Source of the DNA: Candidatus Enterocloster faecavium
GTDB taxonomy: Bacteria; Bacillota; Clostridia; Lachnospirales; Lachnospiraceae
Direction: 5' to 3'
Assembly (NCBI GenBank): GCA_019118585.1
Contig: DWYS01000033.1
Coordinates: 1 to 55,905 of the forward strand
Length of the DNA stretch: 55,905 bases
Part shown: positions 38,211-47,877 of the stretch, one piece after another
Layout: each line of letters begins with the position of its first letter
Numbering within the stretch: position 1 is the stretch's first letter
Notes under the pieces: model-generated
Seen by the model: only the letters and a program-made list of their open reading frames with translations
The model's database searches: none
Told to the model about the DNA's origin: nothing
Program-made: the position numbers and the translations under genes

Positions 38211-40067
38211 TTACTCCACGCTGGGGAACACCAGCGCCGCCAGACGGTAGTCGCTTCTCTGCTCCGTGGCATTCTGGCTGTAAAAATTAAAGGCAAACGT
38301 CAGCTGCACCCGCTCCCAGGGCTCTGCCTGGATCTGGGTATTGACGACGCTGGAAGTTAATGGAATCACCTTGGTCTCCCGGTCCCCCACGGTAATCGTG
38401 ATTTCCTCCCCGCCTTCCATGATGCCGGGGAACATAATCTCCAGGTTGATGATGCCGCTTGCTCCGGCCATCACCGTGATGCAGCCCCTCTCGTCCATCC
38501 AGTGGTCCTTGTAATAATAGCCGTACTGGGTGCTCAGCTTCATGGTGCGGACCGCCTCGGTAATGTCAATGTACTGGTCGTAGTCCGGGTCCTCCTGGAG
38601 GATGATCATGTTTTCATCCACCAGGCCAAAATCCCACACAGAGCTGATAAACTCCACATTGGTCAGCTCCTGGGTCCGATCCTCCTTTTGAAATACCTTA
38701 AAGAAGGTTCTGGCCGTAAAATCACTGACCTCATAGCTGTTGCCGATGATGTAGACCGTCTTTCCCTCCATATTTCCGTATTTCTCATGGGTCACCTCTG
38801 CCAGGGAATTGTATCTGGCCTGTTCCGGAAAAAAGTAGATATTGGGAAATGCATAGGTCCTCATAAACAGCTCCACCGGGAGCATCAGGACCGCATAGCC
38901 CAGCAGCAGGATTCCCCATGGAAAAAACCGCTTTAAGTAAAATTCCGGCTTCACCTCTCCGGTAAGAGCCCCGTACATATAGGCCATAAACAGCAGGGAG
39001 GCCGCCAGGGAAATGTAGATCCAGCGCATCTCAACCCGGATGGTCACACAGGCTGCCGCAATGGTCAGGCCGATGAAGACGACAAAAAGAGCACCGTTCG
39101 CCAGAAGCCTGCCTCTCTGGCCCTTGTCCTTCTGGCTGAGGATTTTCCAGATAAATCCGATCACCAGCACTGCGATCAGCAAATCCGCCAGCAGGATCAG
39201 AATCTTCACCGCCATGGGATTGCTGCCCCAGGGACAGCCGTTTAAGTAATCCGGCCCCGCATTGATCCCGAAGACATAGCCGATTTCACTGAGGGCATGT
39301 TGGAAGGCCTCCCCGATGGAAAACGTCTCCGCCACCTGGGTCCGCCCGGTCCCCGCCGGCATCACCGTTCCGATGGCAAAAAAACGGATCATCTGCATCA
39401 GGAGAAAGGAGCCAAGAGCCGCTCCCCACATAGGAAGCCTTCGGCATTTCTTCATCAGCAGAACGAAAAGCAGAAGAGGGAACAGAGCCATATACCGCTC
39501 ATGGACAAAGCACACCCCGAAATACAGGGCACAGGCGGCGTAAAATCTTCCTTCCTGCTTCTCCTCGTTAAGATACCGGAACAGATACCAGAGAATCCCC
39601 AGCCCCATCCAGAGAGCCATGGTCTCCATCAGCCCCAGCACCTGGCCGATCTGGTAGTAGGACAGGCGGCTGGCCAGATACATCAGGCCGCACAAGAATC
39701 CCGCCCCCTTGGAGCCGGAAAGCTTTCTGCCCATAAAATACATGGTCCAGGCCACCATAGTGTTCAGCACGATATTGATGGGAACAAACCAGTTTACATG
39801 CGTTCCTACAAACATCATCTCCAGCCATGCGGCCAGATAATGGAGGAAGCGGAACCGGGTGCTGCCCACCGGAAATACATACTGGAGAAAGCTCTGTTCT
39901 CCATAGCAGGACCAGAGATAAAGATCATCCATATAAAGGCCTTTAATCTCGATCCCCCGGTTCAGCCAAAAAGCAGCCCCCAGCAGGATTCCCATAAGAA
40001 TTACATGGTCTTTCCACTGGCTGTCCCTGCCTGTCCGGGCCCGTCCCTGATTTTGTGTCTTATCCAT
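38211..40067 (-). CDS. Polytopic membrane protein with a C-terminal extracellular domain, probable GT-C-fold glycosyltransferase
   Basis: 'YMDDLY' DD motif after TM1, many TM helices, soluble C-terminal region. Function is inferred. Confidence 0.55.
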   Translation of the reverse strand: MDKTQNQGRARTGRDSQWKDHVILMGILLGAAFWLNRGIEIKGLYMDDLYLWSCYGEQSFLQYVFPVGSTRFRFLHYLAAWLEMMFVGTHVNWFVPINIVLNTMVAWTMYFMGRKLSGSKGAGFLCGLMYLASRLSYYQIGQVLGLMETMALWMGLGILWYLFRYLNEEKQEGRFYAACALYFGVCFVHERYMALFPLLLFVLLMKKCRRLPMWGAALGSFLLMQMIRFFAIGTVMPAGTGRTQVAETFSIGEAFQHALSEIGYVFGINAGPDYLNGCPWGSNPMAVKILILLADLLIAVLVIGFIWKILSQKDKGQRGRLLANGALFVVFIGLTIAAACVTIRVEMRWIYISLAASLLFMAYMYGALTGEVKPEFYLKRFFPWGILLLGYAVLMLPVELFMRTYAFPNIYFFPEQARYNSLAEVTHEKYGNMEGKTVYIIGNSYEVSDFTARTFFKVFQKEDRTQELTNVEFISSVWDFGLVDENMIILQEDPDYDQYIDITEAVRTMKLSTQYGYYYKDHWMDERGCITVMAGASGIINLEIMFPGIMEGGEEITITVGDRETKVIPLTSSVVNTQIQAEPWERVQLTFAFNFYSQNATEQRSDYRLAALVFPSVE

Positions 40068-40083
40068 TTGAGAAACGCCTCCT

Positions 40084-40869
40084 CTAACTGTACTCCTTGT
40101 AAGCTGTGCGGTATCCTCTCATCAGCAGCTCCACCACCGGTCTGGGCCAGAACCGCTCAAACATCTCCCTCTCCTCCAGCTCTCTTTTATGGCTTCGGAT
40201 ACAGGCCTTGGTAGCGGCCCCGTCGTGGACCCGGTAATAGAGAAGGGGCCTCTCCTCACAGATCCAGCGTCCCGGCTCATTCGCCAGCCGAAACATGTTG
40301 TCCCAGTCCAGAACAAACGAGTAGTCCGAATGGATCAGCGGCTCCCCTATCTTCTTTTTGCAGTAGGTGGTAGCCGGGCAGCAGATGGAATTTCCAAACA
40401 TCAGGGAAAGCTTCTTCACCTGGGATAGATGGCTCAGCGCCCTTGCCCGCAGAGGCAGGCGCAGCAGACGCTTTACAAGCAGCAGCTTATCCCAGGAAAT
40501 AAGCCTTTCCCCCTTCACGATCACATAATCACTGGTAAATACGGTCAGATCCGGATAGGAGAGAACCGCCTTTGCCAGTTGTTCCCCATACTCCCTGTGG
40601 TAGAGATCATCCTGATGGGCCAAGGTAACGAAATCTCCATCCGCCTTCTCCCAGGCAAAGTTCCAGTCGTCCCGGATGTTGCTCTGTCCCTGCCGGACAT
40701 AAACCGGCACCCCGTACTTTTCCCCCATTTTGGTCAAAAAAGCGCTGGGGGTGGAGGTACAGATCATGATTTCAGATGGCCGCGTCTGGGCCTTCAGGGA
40801 ACGGAGGCAGGCCTCCAGATAAGGGGATTCCCCGTAGGCGCAGACGGCAAATACATGGGTGTATGACAT
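40084..40869 (-). CDS. Glycosyltransferase family 2
   Basis: 'YLEACLRSLKAQT', 'DWNFA', 'LAHQDD', 'DW', 'YYRVH' GT-A motifs. Confidence 0.85.
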   Translation of the reverse strand: MSYTHVFAVCAYGESPYLEACLRSLKAQTRPSEIMICTSTPSAFLTKMGEKYGVPVYVRQGQSNIRDDWNFAWEKADGDFVTLAHQDDLYHREYGEQLAKAVLSYPDLTVFTSDYVIVKGERLISWDKLLLVKRLLRLPLRARALSHLSQVKKLSLMFGNSICCPATTYCKKKIGEPLIHSDYSFVLDWDNMFRLANEPGRWICEERPLLYYRVHDGAATKACIRSHKRELEEREMFERFWPRPVVELLMRGYRTAYKEYS

Positions 40870-40901
40870 TGTGGTTTCTCCTCTTTGCGAAATCGTAATT
40901 A

Positions 40902-43900
40902 TTACGTAAAGTCATCCTTGATGATATCCCAGGTGCCGTCCAAGCTGAAATATTTCTTCATGTAATCCTGGGTTTTCTGCTCCATCTGGCGGCACAGGTC
41001 CGGATTCTGATAGAGGTCAATGGTCTGGCGGGCAAAGCCCTCCGCCGTGTCCTCGATCTTTAATGCCTGCTCCACAAAGGGGATCCCCTCCGCTCCGATG
41101 GAGGTGGTGATCACGGGAGCCCCGTTGTAGAGGGCCTCCAGCACCTTTCCTTTCACTCCGGCGCCGTAGCGCAGCGGCACCACTACCACACGGCAGGTGG
41201 CGTACAGACGCTCCAGTTCCTCATCGCTGACAAAGCCCTTGATCACGATTCCGTTGTCCGGCTGCTCCAAGGCCTTGATCTCATCCGTCACCTTGGAGCC
41301 CACCACATAAAACTTCACATCCGGCAGTTCTTTCCGGATATCCGGGAAAATCTCCCTGGCGAACCACAGCACCGCGTCCGCGTTAGGCGGATGCGCGAAG
41401 CCTCCCACAAACAGCAGTCCTTCCCGCTTCTCAAAGTCCTCGTTCAGCTTCTCCTTGAAGGTGTCGTAGACATAGAGGGAGATGGCTTTTGCCCGGATGC
41501 TGGCATCAATGGAATGGATCACATTGATCTCTACATAAGAGGGATAGTAGGACATATCTGCCTTGTACATCATGGAAAATTCCATGGACTTCCAGTAGTC
41601 CGCCTCCCGCTTGGTCTCAATCTTTCCGTCCAGCTCATATTCCCGGTTCAGGCGCAGGAAATGAAGGTCATGGCCGAAATAAATCACCTTGATCTTGGTG
41701 TAATCCTTAATAAAATCCACATACTTGGTGGCAATGTGGGGCCGGTTCAGATAGGCAAAGGAAATTTCATTTCCGTTTTTCTTCAGCCAGTCCCAGATTC
41801 CGGCAGCATACCAGTCACCGTAAAGGACCTCGATCCCCATCTGCTCCAGGGCAGTGGTGTACGGCTCCTCGTGGAGGAAATTGTCCCCCAAAAACTTCAC
41901 CACAAACCCCTTCTTCAAAAACATCTTCATATACAGGTAAGTGGCCTTGGAACCGGCATCCTTGTCAAAGGTAGGCACATAGTGGTCCACCACCAGGATC
42001 ATCTTTTTGCCCTGGCTGCGCTCCCTGGCCCTGAAGGGATTGGGGTTGCCGTCATTGACGCACTGGCTCTTTAGCTCCTTCGCCCACTTCTCCTTAAATT
42101 TCTCAGCGTTCTCCACCTGATAGCGCTTCAGCCCTGTGCCATTTACATCTGTTCCATTGGAAATCCCCTCAAAGTGAATGACCTTGGAGCGGGGCTGGTA
42201 CACCACCCGGTATCCGGCCTTTCTCACCTCAAAGGCCAGGTCCGTATCCTCATAGTAGGCCGGAGCAAACCGCTCGTCAAATCCGCCAATCTGCTGCCAC
42301 AGAACTCTGGGAATGAGAATGGCGGCGCCGGAAATATAGTCCACTTCCTTCACATAGTTGTACTCCGGCTTTTCCGGGTCATCCAGACGGCCATAGTTCC
42401 ACCCGGAGGCATCGCTCCAGATGATTCCTCCCGCCTCCTGAAGCCGCCCGTCGGGATAAACCAGCTTGGAGCCGGCGATCCCGATGGTGGGGTCCGCCTC
42501 CATCATACCCACCAGGGAGGACAGCCACCCCTCCGTCACTTTGGTGTCATTATTCAGGAAGAAAATGTATTTGCCCCTGGCCTTCTTCGCCGCATTGTTG
42601 CAGTTTTTCAAAAAGCCCTGGTTGGTGCTGTTCCGGCAGATGACCAGCCCGTCCACATATCGGTCCAGATGGGCGGTGGCATCCGTGGACACATCATCCG
42701 CAATGATTACCTCGTAGGTGACGTCCTTCGTATATTCCAGGATGGACTGAAGGCAGGCATAGGTATAGCCCACCTGATTGTAGCAGGGGATGATGATGGA
42801 AACCATGGGACCCTCCCATCCGTTCGCCCCCTCTTTCCCGTCTCCGGGCACCTGCGGAAATGAAAGACGGCCGTACTGCATATAGGCATCCCCGATCTGG
42901 AAATCTCCTTCGATCCGGTTTCTCCCCTCTGAAGTAGCGTAAAGACGGCCGTAGCGGACCGGGTGCTTGACGGTGTTAATCCCATAATTTAAAAGCTTCC
43001 GCTTCCTGGTTCCCTTGGGGAACGCCTTGTTGACCTGAACCCCCAGCTTTCTCCTGGCCTTAAACACCAGGGCCTCATGGCCGTTCAGGTAGGTAGCCAG
43101 CTTTCCCAGCTCATCGATCTCATGGCGCAGGTCCTTGATCATCACTTCCAGGTTGGTTACATGGTTGTTGGTCAGCCGCTGGACCTCCTGCTCCTTGCGG
43201 ATTTGGAGATTCTTCTCCTCCACCTCCGCCTGGAGCTGCAGGATCCGGTCCTTTGCCCGGGCCAGCTCCTCATCCCGTCCTTTCAGCTCTTCCAGCGTGA
43301 TCACCGGATGGCTGTATCCCGCCAGATAGCCCTGGTTTCCGTCCCCGTGGACGTATGCCTGGAAAGATCCTTCCATACCGGCATACACTGCGGCAAGCTC
43401 CTGGCTGATCCCAAACGCTTTGAGGAATTCCTGGACGGAGGAACAGTCCATTCTCCCCTGGTAGCGGTTATAGAAATAGTACAGCAGGCGGTAGCGCACA
43501 AAACCTGCCGGGATTGGAAAATCAAACACCCACTCGTAGTCGATGGCGCAAAGTTTCCCCTCCGCCTCCATCCAGTTTTCCAGCAAACCGTCCAGGTTGG
43601 TTACCGGGCTGGAAATGCCGCCAATATCCGGAATGGTTCCAAACACCTCCGTAAAGGCAGGAGTGACCTCAAAAGGTTCTCCCTGTTTCTCCGCCGGTCC
43701 CAGCAGAAAATCCAGGGCCTCCTTTATGGCTTCCACCGGGACCTTCCGGTCCTGGATCTCATCTGCCAGCTTCTGCTCCAGGGTACGTCCCTGAAGAAAA
43801 GCAAAGCGTGCCCTTCTTCCGTCCTCAGAAATCTCCGGCTTTAAGATATCCACCTGGGAATTGATTTTTTTCAGCTTCTCATACTTATCCTGAAAAGAGC

Positions 43901-44822
43901 GGATGTGGGCCGCTCCTTCCGGCTTTAAGGCCATTTTTTCTACGATGCGCTTTCCGCCCTCTTCCAGGATCTTCGTGCTGATCTGAAAGGCCGGCTTTCT
44001 GGTGCGGTTATACTTGGCAAAAATGACCCTCTGCTCCCTGGCTCCCTTGGAGGCCACTGCCAGAAAACTTTCCGCGAAGCGTTCAAAATCCCCTTCCCCG
44101 ATCAGCTGGTCATAGACCTGTCCTTCCGGAAGGCAGGCATAGCGTCCTTCCTCATAAGCCGTACAGGGAGACGGAAGGTCGCCCTGGGACGGCAGATACC
44201 GGTGGGAATAGACCGCCCCCGGAAGCCGGCCGTCCGGCACGGGATAATAAAATTCCGCCTGGTCCAGGCCGGCCCCCTGCAGGGCCCGGCGAAGCTGGCC
44301 CAACGTGCAGACTGCCTCATCTGTTGAACGGGGCGCGCCGGAAAGAGCAGGAAGCCCAAGAGAATTGGAACAGGCTGTGACCATGCGCCCGCCTTTTGCC
44401 AAAAATGGCACCAGCTCTCCCACCTGCTCCTCCAGGCTTTTTTCTACTGAAGGATGAAGAAGAAAAATCCACTGAAATTTCTCTTCCGGCTTGATCTGAT
44501 CGAGTTCCCGCAGGAAACGGATCGAACCCCTCTCCTGATTCCGCCTGCGGTTTACCTCGCTGTTCTCATCCAGCTTTTCCAGCACTGTCACCTGGCCGCA
44601 GCGTTCTGCCAGAAGGCCCGTCAGAGCCCCGTAGCCGGAGCCGATCTCCAGCACCTGGTCCTCCTTTGAAAAATCCAGCCATTCCAGCAGATTTTCCCTT
44701 CCCTCCGCCAGGGCGTAAAGGACCTGGGGCCGTTGGTCCTGGGCCAAAGCCTCGTCCAGCCCCTGACGGCTCTCTCCATATTCTTTCATTAAATCCAGGA
44801 TTTCATAGCTTATATCACTCAT
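40902..44822 (-). CDS. Multidomain glycan synthase: SAM methyltransferase + kinase-like + coiled coil + GT2 + GT4-like
   Basis: VLEIGSGYG (SAM motif I); 'NLDGLLENW...IDYEW' phosphotransferase-like segment; heptad stretch EELARAKDRILQLQAEVEEKN; SIIIPCYNQ/FLNND/YYEDTD (GT2); GGFAHPPN..GAGVKGK..EA (GT4-like). Confidence 0.8.
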   Translation of the reverse strand: MSDISYEILDLMKEYGESRQGLDEALAQDQRPQVLYALAEGRENLLEWLDFSKEDQVLEIGSGYGALTGLLAERCGQVTVLEKLDENSEVNRRRNQERGSIRFLRELDQIKPEEKFQWIFLLHPSVEKSLEEQVGELVPFLAKGGRMVTACSNSLGLPALSGAPRSTDEAVCTLGQLRRALQGAGLDQAEFYYPVPDGRLPGAVYSHRYLPSQGDLPSPCTAYEEGRYACLPEGQVYDQLIGEGDFERFAESFLAVASKGAREQRVIFAKYNRTRKPAFQISTKILEEGGKRIVEKMALKPEGAAHIRSFQDKYEKLKKINSQVDILKPEISEDGRRARFAFLQGRTLEQKLADEIQDRKVPVEAIKEALDFLLGPAEKQGEPFEVTPAFTEVFGTIPDIGGISSPVTNLDGLLENWMEAEGKLCAIDYEWVFDFPIPAGFVRYRLLYYFYNRYQGRMDCSSVQEFLKAFGISQELAAVYAGMEGSFQAYVHGDGNQGYLAGYSHPVITLEELKGRDEELARAKDRILQLQAEVEEKNLQIRKEQEVQRLTNNHVTNLEVMIKDLRHEIDELGKLATYLNGHEALVFKARRKLGVQVNKAFPKGTRKRKLLNYGINTVKHPVRYGRLYATSEGRNRIEGDFQIGDAYMQYGRLSFPQVPGDGKEGANGWEGPMVSIIIPCYNQVGYTYACLQSILEYTKDVTYEVIIADDVSTDATAHLDRYVDGLVICRNSTNQGFLKNCNNAAKKARGKYIFFLNNDTKVTEGWLSSLVGMMEADPTIGIAGSKLVYPDGRLQEAGGIIWSDASGWNYGRLDDPEKPEYNYVKEVDYISGAAILIPRVLWQQIGGFDERFAPAYYEDTDLAFEVRKAGYRVVYQPRSKVIHFEGISNGTDVNGTGLKRYQVENAEKFKEKWAKELKSQCVNDGNPNPFRARERSQGKKMILVVDHYVPTFDKDAGSKATYLYMKMFLKKGFVVKFLGDNFLHEEPYTTALEQMGIEVLYGDWYAAGIWDWLKKNGNEISFAYLNRPHIATKYVDFIKDYTKIKVIYFGHDLHFLRLNREYELDGKIETKREADYWKSMEFSMMYKADMSYYPSYVEINVIHSIDASIRAKAISLYVYDTFKEKLNEDFEKREGLLFVGGFAHPPNADAVLWFAREIFPDIRKELPDVKFYVVGSKVTDEIKALEQPDNGIVIKGFVSDEELERLYATCRVVVVPLRYGAGVKGKVLEALYNGAPVITTSIGAEGIPFVEQALKIEDTAEGFARQTIDLYQNPDLCRQMEQKTQDYMKKYFSLDGTWDIIKDDFT

Positions 44823-46539
44823 GACTGTTCCCCGTTCTCACATTTTCCATAAATCGCTCCACGGCCTCTGCCCGCTCCCGCTCCATTTCTTCCAAGTCTT
44901 CCTTCTTCCTGGAAGATACGGAAAGGTAGAGCTTCAGCTTGGGCTCTGTTCCGGAAGGCCGCAGGATCACCGTTCCCCCGTCCTCCAGCACATATTTCAG
45001 CACATTAGACTTCGGCAGTCCTTCCAGGCCCTGTTCATAGTCCAGGACCTGCTTTACCGCCAGCCCTCTGATATTTGCTCCCTTTGCCCGGAAGGCCTTC
45101 ATGATCTCCTCCATCTGCCGGGCTCCCGCCGAACCCTCAAACTGGTAGGAGTGCTGGGTCTCCAGACAGCAGCCGTATGTCTCGTAAATCCGGTTCAGCC
45201 GTTCCAGAAGAGACTCCCCCCTGGCCAGGTAAAAGGCAGCCATCTCGCAGATCAAGAGGGCGGCGTTTACCCCGTCCTTGTCCCGCACATAGGTGCCGCT
45301 CAGATAGCCGCAGCTCTCCTCAAAGCCAAAGATAAAATCCAACTCCCGGCCCGCCGCCTCCAGCTGTCCGATGTATTCTCCAATATATTTGAAGCCGGTC
45401 AGCAGATTTACCACCTGAACGCCGTAATGGGCTGCAATGGTCTCTGCCAGGGCCGTGGTTACGATCGTCTTGGCCATCACGGGATGTGCCGGCATGGTAC
45501 CGTTTTCCTTCCTTCTGGAGCAGATATAGTCCAGAAGCAGAAGCCCTGTCTCATTGGCGGAAAGGCGCTGATAGCCGCCTTTTCCATCCTTTACGGCAAT
45601 TCCAACCCGGTCGCAGTCCGGATCCGTAGCCAAAAGGAGCTCCCCCTTCAGCCTTCCGGCTAGGGCAATCCCCAAGTCCATGGCCTGTGGCACCTCCGGA
45701 TTGGGATAGGGACAGGTCGGAAAAGTTCCGTCCGGCTGCTCCTGCTCTTTCACCATATGGACATTGAAATATCCCATCTCCTTTAACACCCTCGTCACCG
45801 GCTCCAGGCCCGTTCCGTTTAAGGGGGTATAGACAATGGCCATATCCCGGCAGGCCTCTGTCTGCTCCGTGAGAAGAGACTGAGCCTTCACCGCCTCTAT
45901 ATAAGCAGTCACGGTGTCCTCCCCGATGACGGAAATGAGCTTTCCCTTCACCGCCTCCTCCAGCTCCATGCGCTTTACATCCCGGAACACATCCAGCCTT
46001 CCAATCCGCTCCGAGATTTCTCCTGCCGCCTGGCTGGTAATCTGGCAACCGTCGGCGCCGTAGACCTTGTATCCGTTATACCGGGCCGGATTGTGGGAGG
46101 AGGTAATCATAATTCCCAGACAGCAGGAAAGCCGCCGCACCGCAAAGGAAAGGCAGGGCGTAGGCATGAGCCTTGAAAAGATCTTCACCTCCACGCCATT
46201 TGCCGCCAGTACCTGTGCCGCTGTCTCCGCAAAAAGCCGGGATTTGATACGGGAATCATAGCTGATAGCCGCCCGCCGTTTTTCCTCAGGAAAATGGGCG
46301 CAGATATAATCAGCCGCTCCCTGGGTGGCCTGGGCCACCGTGTACAGATTCATCCGGTTGGTGCCCGCTCCGATGATCCCCCTGAGTCCCCCCGTTCCGA
46401 AGGACAGGCTCCGGTAGAAGGCATCCTCGATCTTCTCCGGTTTTCCCTCCATCTGCTTTAACTCCAGGGCTACATCCACATCCTCCGTGGCCTCCCGGCA
46501 CCACCGGCTGTAAACCTCTTCCATTTCTGCGTACTGCAT
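44815..46539 (-). CDS. Phosphoglucomutase/phosphomannomutase
   Basis: FGTGGLRG, ITSSHNP (phospho-Ser), DPDCDR, FEES.GY, RPSGTEPKLK. Confidence 0.93.
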   Translation of the reverse strand: MQYAEMEEVYSRWCREATEDVDVALELKQMEGKPEKIEDAFYRSLSFGTGGLRGIIGAGTNRMNLYTVAQATQGAADYICAHFPEEKRRAAISYDSRIKSRLFAETAAQVLAANGVEVKIFSRLMPTPCLSFAVRRLSCCLGIMITSSHNPARYNGYKVYGADGCQITSQAAGEISERIGRLDVFRDVKRMELEEAVKGKLISVIGEDTVTAYIEAVKAQSLLTEQTEACRDMAIVYTPLNGTGLEPVTRVLKEMGYFNVHMVKEQEQPDGTFPTCPYPNPEVPQAMDLGIALAGRLKGELLLATDPDCDRVGIAVKDGKGGYQRLSANETGLLLLDYICSRRKENGTMPAHPVMAKTIVTTALAETIAAHYGVQVVNLLTGFKYIGEYIGQLEAAGRELDFIFGFEESCGYLSGTYVRDKDGVNAALLICEMAAFYLARGESLLERLNRIYETYGCCLETQHSYQFEGSAGARQMEEIMKAFRAKGANIRGLAVKQVLDYEQGLEGLPKSNVLKYVLEDGGTVILRPSGTEPKLKLYLSVSSRKKEDLEEMERERAEAVERFMENVRTGNSHE

Positions 46540-46563
46540 GCTGTATGTCTCCTTCTGTCCCTT

Positions 46564-47877
46564 TTAGGGCTGCTGGTACTTGATCTTGTCGTGGGCGCTG
46601 ATCTCCTCCCCCAGCTGCACCTCAATCATCTGCAGGCGTGTATCCGCCTTCACCTTATGTCTGCAGCCTGCGGGGATCCGGATCACATCCCCCGAAGCCA
46701 CCTGCCGCTTCTCTCCGTCCAGGGTCACTTGGCCGGAACCGGAAATCACCGTCCACACCTCGTCCCGGTGTTCATGGCTGTGATAGCTCATACTCCTGCC
46801 CGGCAGAATGGTCACCCGGATGGTCAGGCTGCATTTTTCCACATCAACGATGCAGAACTCACCCCAGGATTTCTCCGCAAAATGAACCTGGCGGTTGATG
46901 GCGTCCACATAGGGCTTCATAAAATCGGAGCGCTCCCTGGTGGAAACCAGGATTCCCTCCGGACTGGCAGCCACCACCGTGTCCTTTAAGCCCATGCAGA
47001 GAATAGGCACGCTGAGCTCGTTGACAATGTGGACATTCTCACATGTCTCATCGCAGCTTCCCTTGCCGTAGATCCGCTCATCCATCTGTCCTGTCAGGGC
47101 ATTCCAGGTTCCCAGATCCTCCCAGCGTCCCTTAAACCGGAGCACTGCCAGATCCTTTTCTTTCTCCGCCACCGCGTAGTCGAAGCTGATCTTCACCGCA
47201 TCCTCATACCGGTCAAAGAGGTCCTGATAATCGGCAAAATCCAGGATCTCATGGGCCTTCTTCATCAGGTATCCCAGCTTGAAGGCAAAAACGCCGCCGT
47301 TCCACAGGGCGCCCTGGCGGATATATTCCCTGGCCGTCTCCGTATCCGGTTTCTCCTTAAAGGTAAGCACCTGGTCCACCCGCTCTTTTCCCCTGGGGAT
47401 AATATAGCCGTACTTCTCGCTGGGACAGTCGGGCTCAATGCCCATGAGGACCAGGCTGGCCCTCCCCTCTGCCGCCAGGCGCTCCAGTTCCTTCAACGCC
47501 TCAAAATAGCTCAAATCCACAAAAGGGTCCACCGGGCACACCACAACCGGCTCCTCCTCCCCCAGCTTCTTCACATCCCGCAGGTAAGCCGCCGCCAGGG
47601 CGATGGCCGGAAAGGTGTCCCTTCTGCAGGGCTCGATGCTGATGTCCACCCCGTCCCCCAGCTGGTTGCGGATGGAAGATACCTGGGCCTTGGCCGTGGC
47701 GATGGTGATATTGGAATCCGGGGCCACCTGGCGGATCTGGCGGTACACCCGCTCAATCATAGATTCCATCTGCCCCTGGTCATTCTTCAAAATTTTCACA
47801 AACTGCTTGGAGCGGATTTCATTGGAAAGAGGCCACAGCCTTTTTCCGGAGCCGCCGGAAAGCAAGATGATATTCAT
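46564..47877 (-). CDS. manC: Mannose-1-phosphate guanylyltransferase with C-terminal cupin (ManC-like)
   Basis: LSGGSGKRLWPLS..SKQF, EP..RDT, YGYI, FKEKP, WEDLGTW, C-terminal H.HRDE.W cupin. Confidence 0.85.
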   Translation of the reverse strand: MNIILLSGGSGKRLWPLSNEIRSKQFVKILKNDQGQMESMIERVYRQIRQVAPDSNITIATAKAQVSSIRNQLGDGVDISIEPCRRDTFPAIALAAAYLRDVKKLGEEEPVVVCPVDPFVDLSYFEALKELERLAAEGRASLVLMGIEPDCPSEKYGYIIPRGKERVDQVLTFKEKPDTETAREYIRQGALWNGGVFAFKLGYLMKKAHEILDFADYQDLFDRYEDAVKISFDYAVAEKEKDLAVLRFKGRWEDLGTWNALTGQMDERIYGKGSCDETCENVHIVNELSVPILCMGLKDTVVAASPEGILVSTRERSDFMKPYVDAINRQVHFAEKSWGEFCIVDVEKCSLTIRVTILPGRSMSYHSHEHRDEVWTVISGSGQVTLDGEKRQVASGDVIRIPAGCRHKVKADTRLQMIEVQLGEEISAHDKIKYQQP

